Assembly: GCA_025823825.1 (NCBI GenBank)
Contig: GCA_025823825.1_4720.1
Origin: a phage
DNA: 64,000 nucleotides
Strand: one strand, 5' to 3'
Of this stretch, positions 39,483 through 49,938 are shown one piece after another. Position 1 is the stretch's first letter. Every line of letters begins with the position of its first letter. Both the position numbers and the translations under genes were made by a program. A model generated the notes under the pieces. The model saw nothing but the letters and a program-made list of their open reading frames with translations. It did not search any database and was not told the DNA's origin.

Positions 39483-39913
39483 GTTTTAATATGCACATCG
39501 TCAATCCCCTCGGTAATCCAGCCGATGGGAAGGACAATCGTTGTTATCGTGTTATGTGTGTAAGGATTAAGAAAATGGAAATAGTAATTTGTGTTGGATT
39601 GTTCGATACGTAGGTCGAGCTGTGCGTCTTCAGGTAACCGTAACCAAGCACCGTACAGTTCATTAAACTTACGCTGAATTTTACCGGGGTTCATTGGAAC
39701 CCCACGACCACGTTGATGCAGCTGACGTAATGATTCAATCAAACACTCAGAGATACCCGTTGTCGTTCCGTTATCGCTCGTATCAACAACGATGAACTCT
39801 CGTGACCCACGACCAAGATAAAAACCAGCAACAAAAGCTGCAGCAACAAAAAATATCGTACCGATACCAATATACCAGTAGTAAGCATCCATAACGGCCT
39901 CACTTATACCCAA
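39479..39913 (-). CDS. small membrane protein (144 aa)
   Basis: N-terminal hydrophobic helix YWYIGIGTIFFVAAAFVAGFYLG. Confidence 0.45.
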   Translation of the reverse strand: MGISEAVMDAYYWYIGIGTIFFVAAAFVAGFYLGRGSREFIVVDTSDNGTTTGISECLIESLRQLHQRGRGVPMNPGKIQRKFNELYGAWLRLPEDAQLDLRIEQSNTNYYFHFLNPYTHNTITTIVLPIGWITEGIDDVHIKT

Positions 39914-40437
39914 TAGTCGGCAAGCGGTTTCACCTTATTAATGGGCAACTGTACTTTACCGATGTTCTCTACATCCGCATCCGCATAGAGAACAATTTTA
40001 TCATCGTCTCTTTCCCAACGAATAATGAATCGACCAGGAAGAAGATTACCCTGTTCAAGAGACGCAGTAACCTGTTGTGTTAAAACAGACAACCAAGCAG
40101 GCATCAGTGTTGCGATGTCTAAGTCATTTGACCACTCAGCGCGTTGCTCCACTGGACGTAACATACGTTCGACGGTGCGTTGAACTGTTGCGGTGATATA
40201 GCCTTTATCTTCGTCACTGATTGGATCAGGGCGAGACACAAAACGTTCAGCAGGCTTGTGGGTAATATACTCATGCAAATCGATGAGTGGTGTTGTCATA
40301 GTACTCGCTCCATCAGAATGTAATTGGGTAACCCGTAGGGTTGTCTGCATGCTATTCAGCAGCGCAAAAGCGCCATAAACAACAATGATACTAAGTACGA
40401 CCAAAACAGAAATCATTAATGTGTATTGCATTGCCAT
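39904..40437 (-). CDS. membrane protein (177 aa)
   Basis: N-terminal hydrophobic helix LMISVLVVLSIIVVYGAFALL. Confidence 0.45.
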   Translation of the reverse strand: MAMQYTLMISVLVVLSIIVVYGAFALLNSMQTTLRVTQLHSDGASTMTTPLIDLHEYITHKPAERFVSRPDPISDEDKGYITATVQRTVERMLRPVEQRAEWSNDLDIATLMPAWLSVLTQQVTASLEQGNLLPGRFIIRWERDDDKIVLYADADVENIGKVQLPINKVKPLADYWV

Positions 40438-40532
40438 CTCCTACTCACACGTATCTTGAAGATTAGTTAAAATCAACAAAAGAAAAAACGATATAAAGCA
40501 AGGTCCTCTGATATCAGAGGACCTTGGATCAA

Positions 40533-41189
40533 TTAGCTTGCAGCTTCTTCATTTGTATCAGGTTTGCTTCCCCCTAACAAACCGTCAAACAGACCCGTAT
40601 GTTTCAGGTAGAAGAGAGCGATAGCACCCATTGCCGCTGCGCTCGTCGCCGTTAACGCAACCCCAGCACGATACTGCCATTTACGGTCAGGCTTTTGATC
40701 AAGCGCCATACGACGCATGTATTCAGCCTCTGCTTCATTCCGATGAATTTCGGATTCAGCCAAGCGGGCTAAGGTATCGCGGTCAAGGTTATCATAACGT
40801 ACGTTCATGGTGGTTTCCTCTTGTTTGGAAGTTGATTGCTTAGTGGATTCTTGGTCAACAGTCGTTTCAGATGGTTCAAACGGCTGGTTGTTCATTTTCT
40901 TATCTTTATCGGACATGATGGACTCCTTCGATTTTTGAGATGAAATTGATTTAAACCATCGTGGATGGCGGTATTCTGTTTTACATGTACAGTTAAGTTT
41001 CTCGTGCAGGAAAGCGTAAAAACGTTTTGCGCCTACACGTAAGGCTTTCAGCATTACCCATCCACGAGCACTCAAACGGTGTAGCTGTTGCGGTATGTCT
41101 AGTTTCCTAGCCAAGCGAAAGTATCTTTCAATCACTTCGATAGGAAACCATTGTTGTTCCACATCGGTGAGACTGAAAGTCTTATCCAT
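40533..41189 (-). CDS. tail-anchored membrane protein (218 aa or shorter)
   Basis: C-terminal hydrophobic helix GVALTATSAAAMGAIALFYL; promoter-like motif at 41221-41229 about 30 nt upstream. Confidence 0.45.
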   Translation of the reverse strand: MDKTFSLTDVEQQWFPIEVIERYFRLARKLDIPQQLHRLSARGWVMLKALRVGAKRFYAFLHEKLNCTCKTEYRHPRWFKSISSQKSKESIMSDKDKKMNNQPFEPSETTVDQESTKQSTSKQEETTMNVRYDNLDRDTLARLAESEIHRNEAEAEYMRRMALDQKPDRKWQYRAGVALTATSAAAMGAIALFYLKHTGLFDGLLGGSKPDTNEEAAS

Positions 41190-41220
41190 GAATGAAATCT
41201 CGCTGGCTTACTTCACCTAA

Positions 41221-41229
41221 GTAATATAG
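41221..41229 (-). promoter_or_regulatory. promoter-like motif CTATATTAC (minus strand)
   Basis: Shares gtaatatagccgtgaaa with the site at 53755. Confidence 0.5.
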
Positions 41230-41321
41230 CCGTGAAAAATGTTGGATTAAGTTAAATACTGCAACCGTAACTGATTTTATGGGCTTTTAGCCTAAACCAA
41301 TCATCTTCGGAATCATCATCT

Positions 41322-42161
41322 TTGAAACAGGAATCTATCATGGAAAAAGTATTTGTTTGTAAGTTGTTTACCAACGGCAATAGCCAACCAATGTATCTGA
41401 CCGATCCTGTTCTAGGTAATCGGAACAGTACCGTATTCAAAGAAGCTTTCGAATACGCTAAAAATAAAGCCGTGAGAACACTGACGTCTGATGACTGTAT
41501 CAACGGTATCACGTGGGCAGAGTTATTCGGTGATGCTGTTAGACACTTCGTTCAGGACGCAAGAAAACAGGAAATCAGTCTCACGACTATCGTTGTGCGC
41601 GAAAACGCAGAAATTTTATCAAACGTTTTGGTTGATTTTAATGACGTTTGCGTGTTTAATCCAGAGAACACGTTTGAACAATATCTTACTGCCCTGAACA
41701 ACCAGCTCGGTAAAGATATTCATCCCGAATTCGCCAAGTTAACGTATCAAGTGCTTTTTAACGACGTCGATCCAAACACAAAGATCAACACCAGCTTATC
41801 GCCCCTGGTAAAGAAATACGGATCGGTTCTTGCTACGGCAACACCCACCACCGATGGCGGTTACGATATCGAATTGGATGGTCCATTAAAAGAACAAGAG
41901 CCTACTGGGGTTCGGGCGGTACATCACAACCTCGTCGTTAAATCTGATGGATGCGATGAACATTACGCTATGATGAACGATGAAAACAATTACCGTTTAA
42001 GTCAAGCGATTGGTGTTCTACGCTATACCGAACCCACTGTTGTAGACGATTATACATCGACAACAACACACACCACATGTTTCATTTTCATCTACCCCAA
42101 TGAAAGTGTGTACATTACTGACTGCTACGGCAACACTGTAGATAGCTTACGTCGTTACTAA
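41322..42161 (+). CDS. hypothetical protein (279 aa)
   Basis: ORF followed by hairpin and T-run at 42168-42195 (GCCTGTCC-ttcg-GGGCAGGC-ttttatg). Confidence 0.5.
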   Translation: MKQESIMEKVFVCKLFTNGNSQPMYLTDPVLGNRNSTVFKEAFEYAKNKAVRTLTSDDCINGITWAELFGDAVRHFVQDARKQEISLTTIVVRENAEILSNVLVDFNDVCVFNPENTFEQYLTALNNQLGKDIHPEFAKLTYQVLFNDVDPNTKINTSLSPLVKKYGSVLATATPTTDGGYDIELDGPLKEQEPTGVRAVHHNLVVKSDGCDEHYAMMNDENNYRLSQAIGVLRYTEPTVVDDYTSTTTHTTCFIFIYPNESVYITDCYGNTVDSLRRY

Positions 42162-42495
42162 TCGTCGAGCCTGTCCTTCGGGGCAGGCTTTTATGCTGTT
42201 AAATATCAGGAATAAGAATTAACAAAATAGGAAAATGGTGTGTATATAACACAAAGGAGGGAGATGATTATGTTACTCATTCTAATGGAGAGAGCATTGC
42301 TGGCGGGTATCTGCGCATTCTCTGTTAAACACGCTGTTGCTATCATGGCTGAAGAAAGGCGTAATACGCATAATGTATTACGCTGAAAACACTGTGTGCA
42401 TTAGTGTATGACGAGAAATCGTCGAGGCCCCCGTCTTCACGAGGGCCAACACCTATGCATGATTATCCATCGTCTGTTAAACAAAGGTTATAAAT

Positions 42496-42804
42496 ATGAG
42501 CAATTTGAACGTTGAATTTACTTCAACAACGCCTGTCATGAATGGTGTTGGCACTGAAACCAAAATCGTATTAGAACCCATTCCAGGGTTACGTGATCTC
42601 GGTGATTTTTATCAACTGATGCCGCGTATACGGAAGGCCTTAAACAGCATCGATCTTGATTCCAATAAAGATTTCCAACACGATACAGAAAATACTGATC
42701 ATGTATTGCTACCATCGGGGATCGCAAAATTCACCTACACGCAAACATTGAAAGCCTCCGATGGTGAAATCCGTCGTTTTATCGTTGAAGTAGAAAGCGC
42801 ATAA
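42496..42804 (+). CDS. hypothetical protein (102 aa)
   Basis: ORF with ribosome-binding site (aaggttataaatatg); hairpin 42811-42835 downstream. Confidence 0.45.
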   Translation: MSNLNVEFTSTTPVMNGVGTETKIVLEPIPGLRDLGDFYQLMPRIRKALNSIDLDSNKDFQHDTENTDHVLLPSGIAKFTYTQTLKASDGEIRRFIVEVESA

Positions 42805-42857
42805 AAACCATCCTCCCAACCCGTAAGGGAAGGGAGGATGAAATATGCCGTTAAACG

Positions 42858-43499
42858 TTATTCAACAAACCCTGCGTTCAACAGATTGTCGTAAACACGA
42901 TTAGCGACATCAACAGGAGAATGTGTGTTACTGGTGTCTATACACAACGTTTTCGCGTCGCCGAGATAGTCCATAAAATCCATGTAACGATAACGTCGTT
43001 TATTGAATGTCGCTTCATCGATGTTATCAAACATCTGATGTTTAGCGTGACGAACACGGAACCGTCTTAAATACGTAGGATAGTCGATATCCAGATAAAC
43101 ATAGTAAGACGGCATGATAATCGACGGTAGGTTCGGCAACAATGCGTCAAACAACTTAACGTTGGCATCATTAACCTGATAAACATACGTCGAAGCAATC
43201 GAACGATCGCTAAGCACAGTCTTCCCTTCGTTAAGGGCTGGATGAATCACCTTGTTGAAGAGATGATTGCGTTGCGACATCATCGCCAATAGCTCAGTTT
43301 CTGGATCGAATCTGTTCGTTGGCGTCTGATCTTCCAGGATAAGTTTACGAATGGCTTCTCCGTAGAGTGTACCGCCGGGTTCGCGTACGACACAAACATT
43401 GTTTAAACGACTGTGTAAAGACGAGATAACCGAACTCTTTCCTGAATAATCCAGGCCTTCAATAACGATATATTTATTACGAGACATTCCCCGCTCCAA
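42858..43499 (-). CDS. tmk: thymidylate kinase (dTMP kinase)
   Basis: P-loop YIVIEGLDYSGKSS, REPGGT motif, and overall collinearity with bacterial Tmk (lid and dTMP-binding regions). True start probably the Met of MSRNKY. Confidence 0.85.
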   Translation of the reverse strand: MERGMSRNKYIVIEGLDYSGKSSVISSLHSRLNNVCVVREPGGTLYGEAIRKLILEDQTPTNRFDPETELLAMMSQRNHLFNKVIHPALNEGKTVLSDRSIASTYVYQVNDANVKLFDALLPNLPSIIMPSYYVYLDIDYPTYLRRFRVRHAKHQMFDNIDEATFNKRRYRYMDFMDYLGDAKTLCIDTSNTHSPVDVANRVYDNLLNAGFVE

Positions 43500-43503
43500 T
43501 TAA

Positions 43504-44727
43504 CTACTTCGTTTTCGCCGTTATCGGCTGCGATACTGTAATCTCGACACGATTTTCATCGGTACGTTTAACGATGATAAGGTTGCGTTCATCACCGAAC
43601 GGTTCTGAGATCTTACAAGCCTCTTTAAGATTTTCGAGAATCTTGCCATGGGGTTCAAACACCGCAAAACCGGAACTAGCGTCTATTCTTATTAGACTTA
43701 CACGCGTGCCGTTTACGGTAATAACATCTTCCGTCTTGAATTCACAACAGGAGGGTAGACGGAACTGGCCGGGAATACCGGCTACGTATGCCTCACCACC
43801 GAACATTTCTATTAATGTCACCGGTTTGAATGTTTTCTCTGGGAAAGCATTATTGAGGATATCGTTTCCATTCACAAACCAGATCGTTACTTTATCTTCA
43901 GAATACGCTAGTCGGTACGGTTGGGTTGCGGACGCTTGCGCTTTATGCTGGTTAAATAACTTTGATTTTGTCGCAATCACGGCACGACCTTCGGCGTCGA
44001 AGTACAGAACTTCATATCCAACACATCCGATAAACACGCGACGGTTATTAAGTTCCGGAATTCTGACTACTAACGCATTACCATCTTCCGTCGGTGTAAT
44101 ACCACGTAGGATGATAGATTCATTGTTCAATGTTGAGTTGCTCACGATGACGCTTCGCATTACCGCTGGCGACACTATTTTATCTGCTGCAGGTTCAAGT
44201 TGCTCCGCTGTTACAGTCATGGATCTGTCTTCGTTTTCAACTGGCCGGTTGAAAAGGATTGTTTTATTAAGACAAACAATTGGGGTAATTTCGCCGATAC
44301 TCCGTATCTTGACTGAGGGGCAATTGCACACATACGGAACAAAAACATCAATATCGTTGGTCGCTTCTTCAAGCATGCTAGCATACGCCATTGCTTCGGG
44401 ACGATCGGTGAGATGAATAACAGCATAGACGATATCGTCTTTTAACCACGCACGTTTCACTCGTCCTATAACACGATTGATGTCTACAATAACTCTCTGA
44501 GCTTTCATCTCCCATTTTACTGCATCAGTACCACCCGCAACCACGTTTGGTTTATCCGTGTTTACACGATGAAGGAAACTATTGATTATTTCCTCATTGA
44601 TCTGGATATCCTTTCTCGCAAAATTCAACAACGGAATAACGAACTCATTGTTACCGCACTTCTCTGCTCCGCGAATGATAGGAGTACACTTCTTGTTCTC
44701 ATCTGATCCCCAGATAACTTTAGTCAT
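43504..44727 (-). CDS. hypothetical protein (407 aa)
   Basis: Long ORF tightly coupled to tmk; no motif recognised. Confidence 0.5.
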   Translation of the reverse strand: MTKVIWGSDENKKCTPIIRGAEKCGNNEFVIPLLNFARKDIQINEEIINSFLHRVNTDKPNVVAGGTDAVKWEMKAQRVIVDINRVIGRVKRAWLKDDIVYAVIHLTDRPEAMAYASMLEEATNDIDVFVPYVCNCPSVKIRSIGEITPIVCLNKTILFNRPVENEDRSMTVTAEQLEPAADKIVSPAVMRSVIVSNSTLNNESIILRGITPTEDGNALVVRIPELNNRRVFIGCVGYEVLYFDAEGRAVIATKSKLFNQHKAQASATQPYRLAYSEDKVTIWFVNGNDILNNAFPEKTFKPVTLIEMFGGEAYVAGIPGQFRLPSCCEFKTEDVITVNGTRVSLIRIDASSGFAVFEPHGKILENLKEACKISEPFGDERNLIIVKRTDENRVEITVSQPITAKTK

Positions 44728-44760
44728 TTTCTGTTTCCTTCTTGGGTTTTGTACATGTTG

Positions 44761-45402
44761 CTAACGGCGTTTTGTACCGACCTTCCCATTTCGATGGTCA
44801 TCAAGAATACGCCATTCTTCGAACAGGAGTTCGGCTGCGAAATAACCTACAGCGATGCTGTCTATCGCATGCTCATCAAGATTCGCTAACACAACACCGT
44901 TTCTGGGTGTGATGTTCATGAGGTTCAACACTTTCTGGCGAACATCGTCCTTACCGACACGGGACGTCATGATCCCAACAGCGCGTTTTGCGCTTCGGTT
45001 ATCAACTCCTAAGAAAGACACCGTAGGGTCAAAATCGATAACCGTTGTCTGAATCGCTGAAAACAGCTCGCTGAGCGCCATACCGCTTTGCTTGAAACGA
45101 CCGATGAACGGTGTCTCACAAGCAACCGCTTGCGGCTGGTACTCTTGTAATAACGATGTCAGCGAACGACGGTGTTCTTGGATACGTGCGGCACGATTAC
45201 CGTATCCAAGCGCAATATCGCCATCAGGATCATATCGACGCGAAGCGTGCCATGTCCCCGCATACAGCAGTTCAATATCTTCGACACGCACGTCCAAACG
45301 TAGTAACGACGCACCGAGTGTATCGGTGCCAGGGTCGATTGCCAGAATATCGTAAGCGTATTCTGGTGGGATCATGGTGTTACAACAGCCTCTACTGACC
45401 AT
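44761..45402 (-). CDS. RuvC-like Holliday junction resolvase (213 aa)
   Basis: N-terminal ILAIDPGTDTLGASLL (cf. RuvC ILGIDPGSRVTGYGV), conserved acidic Glu in VACETPF, C-terminal DEHAIDSIAVGYF (cf. DAADALAIAITH). Confidence 0.6.
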   Translation of the reverse strand: MVSRGCCNTMIPPEYAYDILAIDPGTDTLGASLLRLDVRVEDIELLYAGTWHASRRYDPDGDIALGYGNRAARIQEHRRSLTSLLQEYQPQAVACETPFIGRFKQSGMALSELFSAIQTTVIDFDPTVSFLGVDNRSAKRAVGIMTSRVGKDDVRQKVLNLMNITPRNGVVLANLDEHAIDSIAVGYFAAELLFEEWRILDDHRNGKVGTKRR

Positions 45403-46187
45403 GGGAAGGTTTTCGCAACAACACCTTCCAGGAAGCGTTCAACTTCCGATTGCTCATACACCGAAAGCTTTTCGAACGGCGTTTGGTCTTCGGTTAAACC
45501 TACCGAATGAATAGGACCCAGGTCTTTAACCAGGGTAACTTCGCCTTTAACGCCTTCGCGCTTAACGATGATCGCATGATCATTAACCTTGGGATCGTAC
45601 AGCACGCGCATCATGGTTACTGCATCATCCGGTTCATAACCGAAATCGATGGCAACACGAGCATTCGTCCCTTCATCGTCCAGAAGCTTGCTTAGCGCTT
45701 TACAACGGTCTTCAATCCAATCCAACGCGACCACGGTTTCTTGGCGTAGCTGAACCTCAACCTCTTTTCCTTGTTCGTCGATACGTTTCACGGTAACAAA
45801 ATCGTGTAATAAACGGTCAGGAAGGAGAGAAGCAATAAGCTCAACGTCGGGTTCAGGTTTTTCGTTTTCCAGAATGATGGTCGCTTGTGCGTCCAGATGT
45901 TCTTTAAAACGGATATAGCGTGTTAATCGCAGAACTTCGTCTTGGGATTTTGCGTCTTCGGGAATAATCTCCGTCATGACGTTATAAATCTTTTCAGCGA
46001 ACGTCGGAATTACGGTGATTGTAATTCGTGCTGGTGTACCACGCTCCTGGTACTCATCGGCTAACTTCTTCGCCATCCCGTTAAAGTAGGTCTGGAGAAA
46101 CGGTTGCTGCGTTAAAAACATTTTCTCCAGATCGGAATAGCGATGCTTGCGTGCATGGCCTAGCTTCTTCATGGGTTTTTTCATCAA
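45372..46187 (-). CDS. hypothetical protein (271 aa)
   Basis: ORF downstream of the Rad50-like gene; lacks Mre11 phosphoesterase motifs. Confidence 0.5.
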   Translation of the reverse strand: MMKKPMKKLGHARKHRYSDLEKMFLTQQPFLQTYFNGMAKKLADEYQERGTPARITITVIPTFAEKIYNVMTEIIPEDAKSQDEVLRLTRYIRFKEHLDAQATIILENEKPEPDVELIASLLPDRLLHDFVTVKRIDEQGKEVEVQLRQETVVALDWIEDRCKALSKLLDDEGTNARVAIDFGYEPDDAVTMMRVLYDPKVNDHAIIVKREGVKGEVTLVKDLGPIHSVGLTEDQTPFEKLSVYEQSEVERFLEGVVAKTFPWSVEAVVTP

Positions 46188-46205
46188 CAGAAATCCTTAT
46201 TTGTC

Positions 46206-48725
46206 TTAAATAATCGTGACGTGTTCGTTATATGTTTCAGGGAGAATGATGTTCGTTTTATCAAGAACCATACACTCGGCTTTACGGAATGATGCATGGT
46301 TGATCACGTAGTGACTGATGAACCACACCTGGCTTACGCGGTGACCATCAACCAGACGACGAACAAAATCCATGGCATTAGATTGGTGCTGCGGATCAAA
46401 TGTTGATGCGAATTCATCTAACATCAACGGATAATCCGTAAACCCCTTGTAATGCATCATCGCGATGATGAACGCGATATTGATAATTTCCTTTTGTCCC
46501 TTACTCCCATAAACAATATCTTTTCGCGGTGTCGGATACTTCTCAGTTAAAAGCGGAAAACGATAGTTCAATCCTTGCGCGTCGATAGCACACGGGAGTA
46601 TCTGAAGTTGGTATTCCCAAATACTCGCAATGATACCATTCATGTATTCGACGAACGCGTTGATGGGACCCGCAATTGTTTCGGCAATCAGTCCGTTGGA
46701 TGGACTCAACTCATCCAGAACAAGTTGTGCGTAACTGAGCTGTTCTTCCACCTCTTTTTGTGTCGTTTCCAACTGAGCCAGAAGCTGCTGGTCGGTTTTA
46801 GCTTCCTGTAGTTGCTGTTCGACATGACTTATTCGGCGAACTGTATCAGACATCGCAGCACGTAACGATTTCGTGTAGAGGTGTTGCAGATACTCTAACC
46901 ACAGTTGCGTTAACGCTTTATCGCTGTTATCAGAACGCACCTGATCTTCCATAACCGCCGTAATGGTTTCCAATCTACCTTCCGTAGCTGTGATGGCTTG
47001 TGTTAACCGCTCAACGGTTGTTAACAACTCTGTCCTGTTCTTATAAAGCAATTCTCGACGTTGCTGTAACGGTTCAACATCAACCGCTTGTACCCGTTCG
47101 AGCATGCCTTGAAGATGCTTCCGTTCCTGTTCGGCTTGTGTGTAACGCGCAAGTTTCTCAAACGCAAGCAACCAATCGTTAATGATGCCAATGCTGCGGA
47201 ATCCTAAACCGTTTTTGCGGCCTTCTTCCAGCAGATTATCCCACATGGGTTTAATAGCGTAATAATCTTTCGTCCAACGTGTTAACTGACGATGTTGTTC
47301 CATCCAAAGCGTATAGCGCTGCACCTTCTCACTAAGCTCAGCTAACGATTTCTCCTGTTCTTCAACCCAGGCATGGCCCTTCTGAATACGTTGTTCAATA
47401 CCCGCTTTGCTGGTCTTTTCTGTCTCACCAACATGAAAGCGATAATTGCATTTTGGACAGCTGGTCTGGGGTTGATGGTTAAGGTGGTCGAGATGCGCTT
47501 CCAAATCGGCTAACGCATGTTTCGCGTTACGCAAACGCATTCTTGCCGCCTCTTCCTCCTTGATGTAAGCTTCAGCATCGTAAACATGATAGGTGTTGTC
47601 GGTATCAATCCATTCTTGGAGTAATTCCGTTAACGGAGCCTGAACTTGCGTGAGCTGTTGTAAACAAACCGCAGCGTCCAGATTCATCGTTAAAAGCTCG
47701 CCTGGATGATCTTGCTGAAGTTGTTCGTCCAAACGTGCGAGGCGGGCTTTAATCTGATCGATATCACCTTCACCAGACTGTTTCAACTGGTCAAGGATAT
47801 TATCGATACCCAACAGCTCGTCAACCTGACTTTCGAGTTTCGCATTCGCATTCGCGAGTTGCTCTCTTAGTTCAGCCAGATTCTGCTGTTCTTGTTGCGA
47901 TGTTCCTCCTTGGTAACGAACAACCGCATGAAGAAGCTCGCGATTAAAATGATGAGCACGTTGTGCGGATTCCAGAAGCTGTCGTTGATCAACATCACTA
48001 TCGAATAACGGCAATCCCATCATCGCTTCGAGCGCTGAGCGTTGCTGCTTTAACTCCGCTTCCAATCCCTGGTGGTCGGTTCCGGTGTATTTCGCTTCAA
48101 TGCGCTGTGATGTTTCAACCAACTTATTCAATGTATGCTCATTCACCGCTTTCAGTGAACGTACTTGTTGCTTAACAACCTGAAACAACTCGAGCGCATA
48201 ATCGACGTTAACCGGGCATATCTGCGTTAATCGTTCGCGACGTTTCATCGGTCCCATTTCGGTGAACTGGTAAGCTGTTTCGTAACCTAACAACAAACGA
48301 ATGGTGTCGTCATTAAGTTCGAAATGTTCTTCGATCAGTTTCCACTGGGCCGGTTGTGTGCCACCACCATTCAGGTTCTCGCTATCGTTAACGTAGAACT
48401 CATGCTTAAACCCTTTTTCTAAACGACTGATAAGACGGTATTGCTTATTACGGTGTTCGCAGCGGTACTCGTAATACCCGTCTTTATCAAAATCGGCACG
48501 CTCAGGAACGGTCGGATACAGCAAAGGCAATAGACTACTCTTACCCGAACCATTACTGCCTAAAATGAGTTGTACGGGATTATCTGGCCGGATGACCAGC
48601 TCCCGAATCATCCCGGTATCAAAACGATTGAATCCACGTAAGTGGAGATAGGTGCATCGCATGCTATGATAATCCTTCTTCGATACCTTCTGAACCCGTG
48701 GTTCAGAATGCGAAGCTGAAGCCAT
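46206..48725 (-). CDS. Rad50/SbcC-like SMC-family ATPase (839 aa)
   Basis: N-terminal Walker A LILGSNGSGKSSLL; long central coiled coil with CPKC zinc-hook-like motif; C-terminal Walker B/D-loop LMLDEFASTFD. Confidence 0.8.
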   Translation of the reverse strand: MASASHSEPRVQKVSKKDYHSMRCTYLHLRGFNRFDTGMIRELVIRPDNPVQLILGSNGSGKSSLLPLLYPTVPERADFDKDGYYEYRCEHRNKQYRLISRLEKGFKHEFYVNDSENLNGGGTQPAQWKLIEEHFELNDDTIRLLLGYETAYQFTEMGPMKRRERLTQICPVNVDYALELFQVVKQQVRSLKAVNEHTLNKLVETSQRIEAKYTGTDHQGLEAELKQQRSALEAMMGLPLFDSDVDQRQLLESAQRAHHFNRELLHAVVRYQGGTSQQEQQNLAELREQLANANAKLESQVDELLGIDNILDQLKQSGEGDIDQIKARLARLDEQLQQDHPGELLTMNLDAAVCLQQLTQVQAPLTELLQEWIDTDNTYHVYDAEAYIKEEEAARMRLRNAKHALADLEAHLDHLNHQPQTSCPKCNYRFHVGETEKTSKAGIEQRIQKGHAWVEEQEKSLAELSEKVQRYTLWMEQHRQLTRWTKDYYAIKPMWDNLLEEGRKNGLGFRSIGIINDWLLAFEKLARYTQAEQERKHLQGMLERVQAVDVEPLQQRRELLYKNRTELLTTVERLTQAITATEGRLETITAVMEDQVRSDNSDKALTQLWLEYLQHLYTKSLRAAMSDTVRRISHVEQQLQEAKTDQQLLAQLETTQKEVEEQLSYAQLVLDELSPSNGLIAETIAGPINAFVEYMNGIIASIWEYQLQILPCAIDAQGLNYRFPLLTEKYPTPRKDIVYGSKGQKEIINIAFIIAMMHYKGFTDYPLMLDEFASTFDPQHQSNAMDFVRRLVDGHRVSQVWFISHYVINHASFRKAECMVLDKTNIILPETYNEHVTII

Positions 48726-48776
48726 ACTTCAGCGTTATTTTCTATATCGTTATTTAAATCAGTAGGAGATTACAGC

Positions 48777-49865
48777 ATGAGCGATCTGGCAACAGACAAT
48801 CGCACAAAAGGGAGTCAGCTAGCTCCAGACAACAACGTAAGCGTTTTCCGTATCTTTGCCTTGGGTACTGTTGCTGCCGACTTTTCCAATAAAAGTCTGG
48901 AGGAAGATCCTAACCAAACGCTGGAGGTCTTTCTTGATGAGATGATGTCGGGCGCTGATGGGAAAGTTGAAGCGGCGGGAAGCGTTAAAGAAGTCAGTGC
49001 AACAGACGCTCAAGGGAACAGCTATACGGCGAAAGCGGCAACAACAACCAGCGTACAGTGTTACTGGTTACCCTTCGGCAGTAACCGGATGACAGCACCT
49101 AACTTGAGGAAAGGTCAGCGTGTGGTGGTCTGGCGTACCGCCGATGAAGAACAACTCTACTGGCAGCCCAAAGGAGGGGATAGCGAGCTGATGACCATGG
49201 AATCGGTTATCCTCACCGTCAGCGCACGTCCTAGCGCTAAGAAGGACCGTAAATCGATTTCAACGGAAGACTGCTATTACCTAATGGTTGATACCTTCCT
49301 CAAGAAAGCGGTTATCGGTACCAGCGCACAGCTTGGTGAAGTTACCCAAGTTTACATGGAACTTAATCTGGACGAGGGTTACCTACAGGTTGCGGACAGC
49401 GTCCATCAAAATCTGCTGTTACTCCATTTCGTTGAACATATGCTGCGTTATCAAAACCAGGACGACAGCATCATCGACGTGACAAAAAAGAACATCACAT
49501 TCCAGTGCGAGGATACGCTCAAAGCAATTGCTAAGAACGATATCCGAATGAAAGCAAAAAATATTTATACGGAATGTGAGAACTTCGAGCGTACCAGCAA
49601 AACAGAAAGCGTTACGAGTCAGAATGTTTCTTTGAAGTGTGATCGTTACACCGCGCAAGTATCAGGACAGACCACGTTTAAATGTCCGAATACGGTATTC
49701 ACTGGAGCTGTAAGCTTCACAGGTGAAGACGGAAACACGATGACGTTGAATGGGAACTTCATACACGTCGCAGGCTCTTGGCGTTCACCAACCGGAACAA
49801 ACGTATACACCCACGATCACGGTGGTGTAGATCGTGGCAGCGGTCGTACAGACCCATTCCAATAA
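48777..49865 (+). CDS. hypothetical protein (362 aa)
   Basis: ORF with ribosome-binding site (aggagattacagcatg); followed by A11 tract and hairpin. Confidence 0.55.
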   Translation: MSDLATDNRTKGSQLAPDNNVSVFRIFALGTVAADFSNKSLEEDPNQTLEVFLDEMMSGADGKVEAAGSVKEVSATDAQGNSYTAKAATTTSVQCYWLPFGSNRMTAPNLRKGQRVVVWRTADEEQLYWQPKGGDSELMTMESVILTVSARPSAKKDRKSISTEDCYYLMVDTFLKKAVIGTSAQLGEVTQVYMELNLDEGYLQVADSVHQNLLLLHFVEHMLRYQNQDDSIIDVTKKNITFQCEDTLKAIAKNDIRMKAKNIYTECENFERTSKTESVTSQNVSLKCDRYTAQVSGQTTFKCPNTVFTGAVSFTGEDGNTMTLNGNFIHVAGSWRSPTGTNVYTHDHGGVDRGSGRTDPFQ

Positions 49866-49888
49866 AAAAAAAAAGAAATGCTATACAA

Positions 49889-49923
49889 CCTCCTTCCCCG
49901 GCCTTGACGGCTAGGGAAGGAGG
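49889..49923. terminator. bidirectional terminator-like hairpin; 29-nt core identical to the hairpin at 14-50
   Basis: CCTCCTTCC-ccggccttgacggctag-GGAAGGAGG between convergent genes; T-rich on the plus side (tttatttatt) and A11 on the other side (U-run for the minus strand). Confidence 0.6.
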
Positions 49924-49938
49924 ATTATAGTTTATTTA

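Noticed and set aside
45372-46187. Possible Mre11/SbcD nuclease partner of the Rad50-like ATPase
   Set aside because: No N-terminal D.H, GD..D or GNH(D/E) metallophosphatase motifs are visible; kept as a hypothetical protein.
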